Part shown: piece after piece, positions 55,401 through 64,000 of the stretch | How positions within the stretch are numbered: the stretch's first letter is position 1 | How the letters are laid out: every line of letters begins with the position of its first letter | Assembly (NCBI GenBank): GCA_964637295.1 | Contig: CAZWWE010000002.1 | Coordinates: 117,952-181,951, forward strand | Direction of reading: 5' to 3' | DNA length: 64,000 nucleotides | Origin: an uncultured Pseudomonadales bacterium | GTDB lineage: Bacteria > Patescibacteriota > Microgenomatia > UBA1400 > PJMF01 | Notes under the pieces: model-generated | Told to the model about the DNA's origin: nothing | Database searches by the model: none | The model's input: only the letters and a program-made list of their open reading frames with translations | Made by a program: the position numbers and the translations under genes

Positions 55401-58400
55401 ATGTCTAAGCAAAATTTTGTTCACTTGCATGTTCATACTGAATATTCGATGCTGGATGGTTTGAGTAAAATCCCTGATTTGGTCAAAAAAGTCAAAGATT
55501 TAAAACAAACTGCCATTGCCATTACTGACCATGGCAATATGCACGGCAACATCGCTTTTTATAATGAATGTAAAAAAGAAGGCATTAAAGCCATTATTGG
55601 CGTCGAGGCTTACCTTGCCAAAAATTCGCGTTTTGATAAACAAATTCGGGTTGGCTCTGATCAATTTCATCTAACTTTATTGGCCGAAAATTATGCTGGT
55701 TATAAAAACCTCATGAAAATGGTGACCATTGCTAATTTTGAAGGTTTTTCTTATAAACCACGCATTGACGATGAAATTTTGGAAAAATACAGCGAGGGAG
55801 TGATTTTACTCAGTGGGTGCATGAGTAGCCAAACCAGTCGCTTATTATTGGACAACAAAGACGAAAAGGCTTTAGAAATATTCAAAAAATATCAAAAAAT
55901 CTTCAAAGATCGTTTTTATATCGAAGTCCAAAATGCGCCACACATCGAAGAAAGCAAGGCTTTGCGTGACAAACTTGTGCAAGTGGCTCGTCAATTAGAT
56001 TTACCACTAGTTGCTACTAACGATGCTCATTATCTCGAAAAAGAAGATGCTGAGGCTCAAGACGCGCTGCTGTGTGTCCAAACTCGCAAATTGATTGCCG
56101 ATGAAAAAAGAATGAAAATGGTGGATAAACCTGACTTTTACCTCAAATCTACCGAAAAAATGAGTGAACTTTTTAGTGATCTTCCAGAAGCCATTGAAAA
56201 TACTGTTCAAATTGCAGAGCGTTGTAATCTAGAAATTCCCACTGGTAATTTGATTTTTCCAAGTTATGAATTGCCTGAAGGTGAAACTTATGAATCATAT
56301 TTGCACAAATTAAGTTTTACTGGCGCTAAAAAAAAATTTGGCAAACTTACACAAGAAATTGAAAAAAGACTTGAATACGAAATTAATATTATTAACGGCA
56401 AAGGCTATGCTGCTTACTTTTTGATTACACAAGATTTTGTTAACTGGGCGAAAAATCAAGGTATCGCGGTAGGTCCTGGCAGAGGCAGCGCCGCTGGTTC
56501 AGTGGTTTCCTATGCCCTCAACATTACCACTCTCAATCCTTTGGAGCATGGTTTGCCATTTGAACGTTTTTTGAACCCAGAACGCCCCACACCGCCTGAT
56601 ATTGACATGGACTTTGCCGATATCAAACGTGACGAAGTGATTAGTTATGTGGCCAAAAAATATGGTGAAGATCATGTGGCGGCAGTGATTACTTTTGGAA
56701 GAATGGAGGCTAGGGTGGCTGTGCGTGATATCGGTCGCGTTTTGGGCATGCCTTACGAAGAACCAGATCGCGTGGCCAAACTCATTCCCAATGATCCTGG
56801 CAAAAAAGTCTCCATTAAGTCTGCCATTGAAAATATTCCTGAACTAGCTAGTCTTTACAAACAGGACAAATTTAAAAGACTGTTGGATCTCGCTGCTAAG
56901 GTTGAAGGCACGGTTAGGCACTCCAGTATGCACGCTTGTGCCATGATTATTGCCGACAAGCCACTAGACAACTACACGCCTATTCAAAAAGATTCTCGTT
57001 CTGGAAAAACCTTGACTCAATTAGATATGTATTCACTTGACTGCAACATTGATGACAATGCAGTGGGTTTATTAAAGTTTGATTTCTTGGGCCTTAGAAA
57101 CTTATCCATTATTCAGGAGGCTTTAAAGCTAATTAAAAAATATAAAAATCAAGACATCGCTATTGATCGCTTGCCGCTTGATGACCAAAAAACTTTTGAT
57201 CTCTTAGCTTCCGGTGAAACTACTGGTGTTTTTCAGCTTGAATCGGCAGGCATGAGACGCGTAGCCAAATCACTTAAACCAAGTGCTTTTTCAGATATTA
57301 CCGCTATGGTGGCTTTATATCGCCCCGGCCCAATGGATTTGATTCCACGTTTTATCGAAGGCAAACACAATCCAGCTTCCATTGAATATCCGCACGAATC
57401 TCTCGAGCCGTTCTTAAAAGAAACTTATGGCATTATGGTTTACCAAGAGCAAATTCTGGAAATTGTGCATTTTATGGCTGGTTATAGCTTGGGTGAAGCT
57501 GATATGTTACGCCGTGCCATTGGTAAAAAGAAAAAGAAAATTCTGGATAAAAATAAAAGTCGTTTCATTGAAGAATCAGTCAAAAATAACTACCAAAGAG
57601 CGACAGCCGAAAAAATTTGGGGCTTTATCGAAGCTTTTGCTAATTATGGTTTCAATAAAGCTCACGCTGCTTCTTATGCCATGATTGCCTATGAAACTGC
57701 CTGGCTAAAAGCTAACTATCCTGTCGAATACATGACTGCTTTGATGAGTGTGGAGTCGAACTCTCACTCAATGAATAGAGATGAAAAAATTGCCATTGCC
57801 ATTGAAGACTGCCGCAAATTGGGAATTAAGATTTTAGCTCCAGATATTAATTTATCCGGCCAAGATTTTAGCATTGAAGAAAATAAAGATTCAAAAGAAA
57901 ATATGGCTATTCGCTTCGGTTTAACCGCCATCAAACATGTGGGTAAAGCCGCCATTGATAACATTTTAGAAGTAAGAAAACAAGAAAAAAAATTTGTTTC
58001 CTTTACTCATTTTATTCAAGCTACTGATAGCCGCAAGGTTAACAAAAAAACCCTAGAATGTTTAATTAAAGTTGGGGCTATGGATCGTTTTGCAACAAGA
58101 GCGTCAATGCTAGAAAATCTTGATCAAATCCGTCAAAACGCTGGTCAATTTCAATCAGAAATCGATGGACAAGATCATTTGTTTGCTAATGTGAGTGAAA
58201 AAAACGCTGAAATTAAAGACAATTTTCCTAAACTCAAAGAGTATCCAGAAGCCGAGCTGCTCTCATTTGAAAAAGAATTACTCGGCCTTTATTTAACTGA
58301 TCATCCTCTGGCTGATGCCCTTAATTTGGTCAGTAAAAGAGCCAATATGAAAATTGCTGAGCTAGATCCAGAATTCAGTCAAGATCAGGTTTTTCTTTTT

Positions 58401-58859
58401 GGTGGCTTGCTGAGTCGTTTCAAAGAAATCACTACCAAGAAAGGGCAAAAAATGGCCTTTGCCACTCTCGAAGATCAAAGTGGCAAGGCGGAACTCATTG
58501 TTTTTCCTCGCACTTATAAGGAACTCGGCTTTCAACTTGAACAAGATCAAGTGGTTCTAGTCAGAGGCAAAGTTCAACACGAAGAAGAAGAATTTAAAAT
58601 TATTGCGGAAAAAATTATTGTGCCTAAAGATGAAGAAGTCGAATTTGTCAAAGATCAAGACTATCGCGAAATCTTTGTGCCCCGCAAAACTTCTCCAGAA
58701 ACTTTGAAAAAATTAGGCGCCCTACTTAAAGCTAATTTAGGCCAAGAAAAAATAGTCATTATCATACCCAATGGTGCTAGACCAGAAAGAATCGTACTTC
58801 CTTATAAAGTAAACTATAATGAAGAATTAGCCAAAGAAATTGAAAAAATTTTAGCATAA
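55401..58859 (+). CDS. dnaE: DNA polymerase III alpha subunit
   Basis: N-terminal PHP domain FVHLHVHTEYSMLDG. The polymerase core, an OB fold, and a 1152-aa length are all typical. Confidence 0.95.
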   Translation: MSKQNFVHLHVHTEYSMLDGLSKIPDLVKKVKDLKQTAIAITDHGNMHGNIAFYNECKKEGIKAIIGVEAYLAKNSRFDKQIRVGSDQFHLTLLAENYAGYKNLMKMVTIANFEGFSYKPRIDDEILEKYSEGVILLSGCMSSQTSRLLLDNKDEKALEIFKKYQKIFKDRFYIEVQNAPHIEESKALRDKLVQVARQLDLPLVATNDAHYLEKEDAEAQDALLCVQTRKLIADEKRMKMVDKPDFYLKSTEKMSELFSDLPEAIENTVQIAERCNLEIPTGNLIFPSYELPEGETYESYLHKLSFTGAKKKFGKLTQEIEKRLEYEINIINGKGYAAYFLITQDFVNWAKNQGIAVGPGRGSAAGSVVSYALNITTLNPLEHGLPFERFLNPERPTPPDIDMDFADIKRDEVISYVAKKYGEDHVAAVITFGRMEARVAVRDIGRVLGMPYEEPDRVAKLIPNDPGKKVSIKSAIENIPELASLYKQDKFKRLLDLAAKVEGTVRHSSMHACAMIIADKPLDNYTPIQKDSRSGKTLTQLDMYSLDCNIDDNAVGLLKFDFLGLRNLSIIQEALKLIKKYKNQDIAIDRLPLDDQKTFDLLASGETTGVFQLESAGMRRVAKSLKPSAFSDITAMVALYRPGPMDLIPRFIEGKHNPASIEYPHESLEPFLKETYGIMVYQEQILEIVHFMAGYSLGEADMLRRAIGKKKKKILDKNKSRFIEESVKNNYQRATAEKIWGFIEAFANYGFNKAHAASYAMIAYETAWLKANYPVEYMTALMSVESNSHSMNRDEKIAIAIEDCRKLGIKILAPDINLSGQDFSIEENKDSKENMAIRFGLTAIKHVGKAAIDNILEVRKQEKKFVSFTHFIQATDSRKVNKKTLECLIKVGAMDRFATRASMLENLDQIRQNAGQFQSEIDGQDHLFANVSEKNAEIKDNFPKLKEYPEAELLSFEKELLGLYLTDHPLADALNLVSKRANMKIAELDPEFSQDQVFLFGGLLSRFKEITTKKGQKMAFATLEDQSGKAELIVFPRTYKELGFQLEQDQVVLVRGKVQHEEEEFKIIAEKIIVPKDEEVEFVKDQDYREIFVPRKTSPETLKKLGALLKANLGQEKIVIIIPNGARPERIVLPYKVNYNEELAKEIEKILA

Positions 58860-58864
58860 ATCAT

Positions 58865-59716
58865 ATGCCTGCCAATGATCAAGTAATTAATAAAATAGCC
58901 TGGCAAATTCGTCGCGAATCATTGCAGATGATCTACGAAGCACAAAGCGGACATCCTGCTGGCTCACTGGGAATGGCAGATGTGTTTGCGACTCTTTTTT
59001 TTGGTAAAATTTTGCGCCATGACAGTCAACGCCCAAATTGGGAGAAACGTGATTATTTTTTTCTGAGCAACGGGCACATTTCTCCAGTTTTTTATGCGAC
59101 CTTGGCGAAAGCCGGTTATTTTCCAATTGATGAACTAAAAACTTTCCGCCAAATCAATTCTCGATTACAAGGCCATCCACATTTTACTTTTGACGCACAA
59201 TTTGCTTTACCTGGAGTAGAAAATACTTCTGGACCACTCGGACAAGGTCTTTCTCAGGCTGCTGGCATGGCAGTCGCTCTAAAAATGGATCAGAAAAAAA
59301 ATAAAGTTTTTTGCATGATGAGTGATGGAGAACAACAAGAAGGACAAGTTTGGGAAGCTTATCAATTTATTATTCATCATCACTTAAATAATTTGATTAG
59401 TATTATCGACTGTAATAATATTCAAATTTCCGGCACCATTGAGCAAACGCTTACTCTCGGAAATCTAAAATTAAAATTAATGAGTTTTGGTTTCAAAGTT
59501 TTGGAAATGGACGCTCATGATGTTACAGATATTTTTGCAAAATTAACTCTGGCCAAAAATGAAGTTAAACAACCAGTTATTATTTTAGCCAAAAGTATTC
59601 CTGGTAAGGGGGTCTCTTTTATGGAAAATAATTACGAATGGCATGGTCGCATTCCCACAGACAATGAATATCGCCAAGCCATGAAAGAATTAGTAATCAA
59701 GGAAAAAACTTTGTGA
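58865..59716 (+). CDS. transketolase, N-terminal subunit (split form)
   Basis: GHPAGSLGMADVFATLFF (TPP-binding) and GPLGQG. Confidence 0.85.
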   Translation: MPANDQVINKIAWQIRRESLQMIYEAQSGHPAGSLGMADVFATLFFGKILRHDSQRPNWEKRDYFFLSNGHISPVFYATLAKAGYFPIDELKTFRQINSRLQGHPHFTFDAQFALPGVENTSGPLGQGLSQAAGMAVALKMDQKKNKVFCMMSDGEQQEGQVWEAYQFIIHHHLNNLISIIDCNNIQISGTIEQTLTLGNLKLKLMSFGFKVLEMDAHDVTDIFAKLTLAKNEVKQPVIILAKSIPGKGVSFMENNYEWHGRIPTDNEYRQAMKELVIKEKTL

Positions 59717-60690
59717 ACTCAACTATATTAAAAGCCACGAGAGATGGATTTGGGAAAACAATTTTGGAACTTGGTCAAGAAAACGAGCAAATTGTCGTTT
59801 TATGTGCTGATCTTCGCGAATCTTTGCGCTTAGCTCAATTTGCTAAAAACTTTCCAAATCGCTACGTAGAGTGTGGCGTAGCTGAACAAAACATGATGGG
59901 CATTGGCGCTGGTTTAGCTTTGGCTGGCAAGATTCCTTTTATTGCTAGTTTTGCGGTTTTTAATCCGGGACGTAATTTGGATCAACTAAGAGCAGCGGTT
60001 TATAGCGGCTTAAACATTAAGATTGTAGGTGGACATGCTGGACTAAGCACCGGCGAAGATGGTGCCACTCATCAAGCCTTAGAAGATTTAGCGATTGTTT
60101 GTGCTTTACCAAATTTGACTGTCGTGGTTCCCGCTGATAGCGAACAAAGTCAAATTTTGACTAAGCAAATCGCTATTCACAATGGCCCATGTTATCTGAG
60201 GCTCGGTAGAAAAAAATTAGAAGCAATTGGTGATTTGGTTAAAGCACCTGAGACTATTTTAGGTGAGGCGCAAATTCTTACAGAAGGTACCGACTTAAGT
60301 ATTTTTGCCTGTGGACTTATGGTGCAAGAAAGTCTTAAAGCCGCTTTGGAAGTTCAAAAATTAGGAATCAAAGTAGAAGTGATTAACTTACATACGCTCA
60401 AGCCTCTAGATGAAAAAGCTATTCTCCAAAGTGCCAATAAAACTGGAGCAATTATTGTTGCTAGCGAACATGAAATTAATTCTGGTTTGAATAGTTTGGT
60501 CATTCAAACTATCGCCAAGGCCAGCGGCAAAGAAATTTTACACCCAGTCGCCATTGAAAGTATTGGCACAAAAAATTTCGGCGAATCAGGCAAAGATAGC
60601 GAGTTATTACACAAATATGGCTTGGATTATTTAGGAATTATTAAAAAAATAAAATTAGTTTTAGAGAAAAAGAAAAACTTAAATTCATGA
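59713..60690 (+). CDS. transketolase, C-terminal subunit (split form)
   Basis: ATRDGFGKTILELGQEN..VVLCADL (pyrimidine-binding domain). A start/stop overlap with the N-terminal subunit suggests translational coupling. Confidence 0.85.
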   Translation: MNSTILKATRDGFGKTILELGQENEQIVVLCADLRESLRLAQFAKNFPNRYVECGVAEQNMMGIGAGLALAGKIPFIASFAVFNPGRNLDQLRAAVYSGLNIKIVGGHAGLSTGEDGATHQALEDLAIVCALPNLTVVVPADSEQSQILTKQIAIHNGPCYLRLGRKKLEAIGDLVKAPETILGEAQILTEGTDLSIFACGLMVQESLKAALEVQKLGIKVEVINLHTLKPLDEKAILQSANKTGAIIVASEHEINSGLNSLVIQTIAKASGKEILHPVAIESIGTKNFGESGKDSELLHKYGLDYLGIIKKIKLVLEKKKNLNS

Positions 60691-61790
60691 AAAAAATTGT
60701 TTCAGCTGTCTTTTTTATTTTTGTCTCGATGCAAATTTTTAGCATAAAAGTTAGTGCTCAAAATCAAAGTGAACAAAAAAGTTACCAAGCTACAATCATC
60801 CAAATTTTAGAGAAGAAAACTGCTAGAAATTTAACTACTGGAGAAATGTTCCAAAAAATTGAACTCGTAATTAATAGCAAAGGAGAATTTTATCAAAAAA
60901 AAATCACTGCTGAAAATATCGATCCTCGCATTGAATACAAAATAGGTGATAAGCTGATGATTTACCAGGCTGACAGTGACACCTTTTTAATTGCTGATCA
61001 AGTACGTACCAAACCTTTATTGATTTTGTTTATCATTTTTATTCTGGCAGTTTTACTGATTTCTAAATGGAGAGGAGTAGGCTCATTACTTGGCATGGCT
61101 TTTTCTTTTCTCATTATTATCTATTTCATTTTGCCTAAAATTGCTGCTGGTAATGACCCAATTTTAATTGCTATTCTCGGTTCTTTGCTAATTATTCCCG
61201 CTACTTTTTATCCTTCACATGGTTTAAATCGCAAGACTAACATTGCCATTTTAAGCACTTTTTGCGCTCTCTTAATTACTGGGTTCTTAGCAAAATTCTT
61301 TCTTGATTTTGCCAAATTAAGTGGTCTTGCCTCAGAAGAAGCAGGCTTTTTGCAAACTATGAATCCCGAAATCTTTAATAATATGAGAGGTTTACTGTTA
61401 GCTGGCATTATTATTGGAGTTTTAGGCGTCTTGGATGACGTCACTGTTTCACAAGCTTCCATTGTCGCACAATTAAAAATTGCTAACCCACAATTTACTA
61501 AAATTGAACTTTATAAAAGAGCCATGGAAGTTGGTCGTGACCATATCTCTTCAATGGTAAATACTTTAGTTTTAGTTTATGCTGGCGCCTCTTTACCTTT
61601 ACTATTGCTTTTCAACGACTCTGCCAAACCATTTGCTGAAATCGTTAATTATGAAATTTTAGCTGATGAAATTGTAAGGACTTTAGTTGGCAGTATCGGC
61701 CTAATTTTAGTAGTACCAATCAGCACTTTCTTGGCAGCTATTTTTATTGGCAAAACGGACAAAAAAATGTCCCACGACCAGCTTGCTTAA
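60687..61790 (+). CDS. YibE/F-like integral membrane protein
   Basis: Signal/anchor sequence, a ~100-aa extracytoplasmic domain, then ~7 TM helices. The resemblance to the YibE/F family is from memory. Confidence 0.45.
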   Translation: MKKIVSAVFFIFVSMQIFSIKVSAQNQSEQKSYQATIIQILEKKTARNLTTGEMFQKIELVINSKGEFYQKKITAENIDPRIEYKIGDKLMIYQADSDTFLIADQVRTKPLLILFIIFILAVLLISKWRGVGSLLGMAFSFLIIIYFILPKIAAGNDPILIAILGSLLIIPATFYPSHGLNRKTNIAILSTFCALLITGFLAKFFLDFAKLSGLASEEAGFLQTMNPEIFNNMRGLLLAGIIIGVLGVLDDVTVSQASIVAQLKIANPQFTKIELYKRAMEVGRDHISSMVNTLVLVYAGASLPLLLLFNDSAKPFAEIVNYEILADEIVRTLVGSIGLILVVPISTFLAAIFIGKTDKKMSHDQLA

Positions 61791-62601
61791 TTCTCTGAAT
61801 TTTTGTGCCACATTTTTGACAAGGCTCGCCATCACGACCATAAACCTTTAATTCATTTTGAAAACCACCAGCAAAACCATCAACGCCAACATATTTACCA
61901 TCAAAAGTGGTGCCGCCTAATTCTGTAGAGCGTTCGATGATTTTTTGCATGGCTTTGAGTAATTTGGCCATCTCTTTTTTACTCACTTCTTTGGCTGGTT
62001 TGGTCGGATTAATTCCAACCGCAAAAAGCGATTCACTGGCATAAATATTGCCCACACCACAAATAACTTTGTTATCCATAATGAATTGTTTGATCGGAAC
62101 TTGGCGTTTTTTGGCGGCATTAAGCAAATAATCGACGGTCAAATTTGGATCATTAATGTCTGGACCATAATTTACGAATTCTTTACCAACCTCATTTTTA
62201 AGAGGCGAGCGAATCCAACCAAAAACACGCATATCGTTAAAGAAGAGTTTCGAAGCGTCGGTAAACTCAAAAATCACTCTGGTATGTTTAGCTGGTAAAT
62301 CATTAACCCAATCAGCAGTCGGATGGCCACCACCAGCCCTTTTGCCATCAACATCGACAAAAATTAATTGACCAGTCATTTTCAAATGAATTAAAAGATC
62401 GCGCTCACCGTTTAAAACTATTTGTAGAATTTTGGCACGACGCTTCACCTCTACGATAGTTTGATTTAAAATTTCTTGACCAAAGGTGGAAAAGGACAAA
62501 AAACTTTTCTCACGTAATACTTCAATTTGTTGAATTTGACGGTTAGCTAAAATGGTATTTAATTTGCGACGAATTGATTCTACTTCAGGAAGCTCTGGCA
62601 T
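61744..62601 (-). CDS. mutM: formamidopyrimidine-DNA glycosylase (Fpg/MutM)
   Basis: N-terminal catalytic MPELPEVE, H2TH region, and C-terminal zinc finger CQKCGTKIQRIKQAGRGTFFCPFCQ. Confidence 0.85.
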   Translation of the reverse strand: MPELPEVESIRRKLNTILANRQIQQIEVLREKSFLSFSTFGQEILNQTIVEVKRRAKILQIVLNGERDLLIHLKMTGQLIFVDVDGKRAGGGHPTADWVNDLPAKHTRVIFEFTDASKLFFNDMRVFGWIRSPLKNEVGKEFVNYGPDINDPNLTVDYLLNAAKKRQVPIKQFIMDNKVICGVGNIYASESLFAVGINPTKPAKEVSKKEMAKLLKAMQKIIERSTELGGTTFDGKYVGVDGFAGGFQNELKVYGRDGEPCQKCGTKIQRIKQAGRGTFFCPFCQ

Positions 62602-62659
62602 TGATTTTTAGATCCTTTTTTGTTATAATTTTGTCATCACGATGACCAAGCTAAGCAAC

Positions 62660-63069
62660 CTAAGGTTTCGACCGACCGTTGATCTTGGTCTTTTTTAATT
62701 CTAGAGTCTTTTTTAATAAATCTAATCTAACCACATACTGATAATATTTCCTAAGTAAACTAGAATATTTTTTGTTGGGTGCTAAAACTTTATAAAGTTT
62801 GTCTTTTTGTTCTAAATATTCGATTAAGCAGTGGAAGTCTCCATCGCCAGACACAATAATTGCTTTACTATAATTCTTATATTCAATCATCGTGTGTAAC
62901 ACCAACTCAGCGTCAACAATGCTTTGTTAACAGCGTATTTATCTCTCAGATATCGGCGAAAAGTGGCAAAATCCAACTTCCAACCTTGGCTACGAATACC
63001 CAGATTTAAATTCTGACTATCAATAAAAGCGTAGTGTACTGGAGTTCTAGTCTTTTTTTGCACTCTCAC
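62660..63069 (-). pseudogene. NYN/LabA-like PIN-fold nuclease gene interrupted by a frameshift
   Basis: Two overlapping minus-strand ORFs (62887-63069 and 62660-62905) in different frames. Together they recreate an NYN domain (..YAFIDSQNLNLG.. then ..AIIVSGDGDFHCLIEYL..). Confidence 0.5.
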
Positions 63070-63118
63070 TTTTTAGCATTTTTATAGCGAAAAAGTAAGG
63101 GGAGAAAGGCAATCTGAA

Positions 63119-63685
63119 TTAATTAGAATTACTCTCAATTAATTCTAATAAAAATGGAAACTTTTTATATTCTTCACCGAACGAACCAATACTAAAATGT
63201 TTTTGACCTTCTCTAATAATAAGTTCGCCATCTAACTTCTCAGCTAAAAATTCAGCGTGTTCTAATGGGCAATAAGGATCATTATCTGAATGGATAAAAA
63301 CAAAATGTTTTGCTTTATTTTTTATTTTGGCAAAATCAAATGGTTCTTCAAACAAACCGTCCAAAGCATCCCAATCTAAATTGTCTTTAAAAGCACCAAT
63401 TAAATAACAGGTGTCGACCACAACTGACTCTGGTAATACTTGCAGCAAACCTAAAATTGCCACTGCTCCAGAGGAATGACCAATTAAAATACTTTCTTTA
63501 TTAAATTGATAGGATTTTTCTTTTAGTAAAAATTTATTGTAGATTTTAATATTTGGGCGATCGCAATTTGGCAATTGAGGCACAAAAACTTGCCATGATT
63601 TTTTCTCTAATTCTTGACGCAACCAATCAAACCAATTTTCTGTTGGATAGCCATCCGTGCCATGTAGAATAATGGCATTTTTCAT
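63119..63685 (-). CDS. alpha/beta-fold serine hydrolase, YdeN/RBBP9-like
   Basis: ILHGTDGYPTENWFDWL and nucleophile elbow GHSSG. Length 188 aa. Confidence 0.6.
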   Translation of the reverse strand: MKNAIILHGTDGYPTENWFDWLRQELEKKSWQVFVPQLPNCDRPNIKIYNKFLLKEKSYQFNKESILIGHSSGAVAILGLLQVLPESVVVDTCYLIGAFKDNLDWDALDGLFEEPFDFAKIKNKAKHFVFIHSDNDPYCPLEHAEFLAEKLDGELIIREGQKHFSIGSFGEEYKKFPFLLELIESNSN

Positions 63686-63688
63686 ATT

Positions 63689-64000
63689 TTACTCCCTATG
63701 TTCCTTCGCCCCAATCAAACCACATTTTTTATATTTTAAACCAGAGCCACAGGGACAAGGATCGTTACGACCAACCTTGGCATATTTATCGGCTGGCTGA
63801 TTTGCACCACCGCTATTAGAACCGCTATTAGAACCGCTACTAGAGCCACCACCCATCTTGCCCAAAGCCGCTGCTAAATCATTAGCATTGCCAGCTCTTT
63901 CTTGTCTTTGCTCTACTTGGACTGCTTGCCCCAAACTAGGAGTAGACTCTGAAGGAGCTTGTAGGTTAATTCTCTCTGGCATAGTAGAGCGAGTCGTCAT
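63689..64000 (-). CDS. C-terminal end of a SEC-C-motif protein (possibly the SecA C-terminal tail); gene continues beyond the window
   Basis: C-terminal metal-binding SEC-C motif [17 protein letters not shown], preceded by a Gly/Ser/Asn-rich linker. The frame is open to the window edge. Confidence 0.4.
   Translation of the reverse strand: MTTRSTMPERINLQAPSESTPSLGQAVQVEQRQERAGNANDLAAALGKMGGGSSSGSNSGSNSGGANQPADKYAKVGRNDPCPCGSGLKYKKCGLIGAKEHRE

Noticed and set aside
62887-62905. Possibility that in-frame TGA is read as an amino acid (alternative genetic code), explaining the NYN and RhuM splits
   Set aside because: Reading through the TGA in the NYN upstream ORF does not recover the NYN motifs. 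Many >900-aa ORFs use all three stop codons normally, so the standard code fits.
1-64000. CRISPR arrays, IS elements, integrases, phage structural genes
   Set aside because: No repeat-spacer periodicity, no transposase or integrase-like ORF, and no terminal inverted repeats were seen. The tRNA cluster flanks are clean.
64000-64000. ATG at the very last base positions as the true start of the SEC-C ORF
   Set aside because: The frame stays open to the window edge and SEC-C motifs are C-terminal tails of larger proteins, so the Met is almost certainly internal.

Overview
This is a 64-kb chromosomal window from a low-GC bacterium (roughly 35-40% by eye) that uses the standard genetic code: very long ORFs such as dnaE (1152 aa) and ileS (951 aa) are uninterrupted. 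Genes are tightly packed, and adjacent start and stop codons often overlap. Three themes dominate.

1. Glycosylation supercluster, 1-20.9 kb. About 19 co-directional genes:
- two GT-C ArnT/PMT-like membrane glycosyltransferases
- six GT4 and two GT2 enzymes
- a hexapeptide acetyltransferase and a DMT-type transporter
- an O-antigen-ligase-like protein
- GDP-mannose pyrophosphorylase (manC)
- a polyprenyl-phosphate sugar transferase
- a large DUF4012-like exported protein
The ruvC-ruvA-ruvB genes are embedded in the middle of this cluster.

2. A split and inverted division/cell-wall (dcw) cluster.
- mraZ-rsmH-ftsL-ftsI on the + strand (24.0-27.5 kb)
- murB-murA-mraY-ftsW-murG-ftsQ-like-ftsA-ftsZ on the - strand (45.5-36.3 kb)
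- Between the two blocks: an orphan parB, trpS, a rodA-rplU-methyltransferase-rpmA unit, ileS, and a small RhuM-like insertion.

3. Housekeeping block, 45.5-64 kb.
- truB, lepB, a second Wzx/Wzy-like surface-glycan module
- a tRNA-Thr/Gly/Asp cluster
- lemA-htpX, gatCAB, dnaE, split transketolase, yibE/F-like, fpg
- a frameshifted NYN-domain gene, an alpha/beta hydrolase, and a SEC-C-motif gene tail running off the window edge.

The most interesting non-coding signals are:
- a leader upstream of ileS with an extended -10 promoter, a T-box-like UGGU/ACC motif, and competing antiterminator/terminator hairpins. It looks like a previously unannotated T-box riboswitch.
- five 10-bp-phased GAT(A/G)T direct repeats upstream of mraZ, a candidate MraZ operator.
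- a consensus sigma70-type promoter followed by a perfect 10-bp inverted repeat in front of a small ORF and dnaE.

I found no CRISPR array, IS element, integrase or prophage. The gene content suggests a reduced-genome, possibly Patescibacteria/CPR-like lineage; this is inference only. All annotations rest on reading the translated ORFs and motifs by eye, since no searches could be run.
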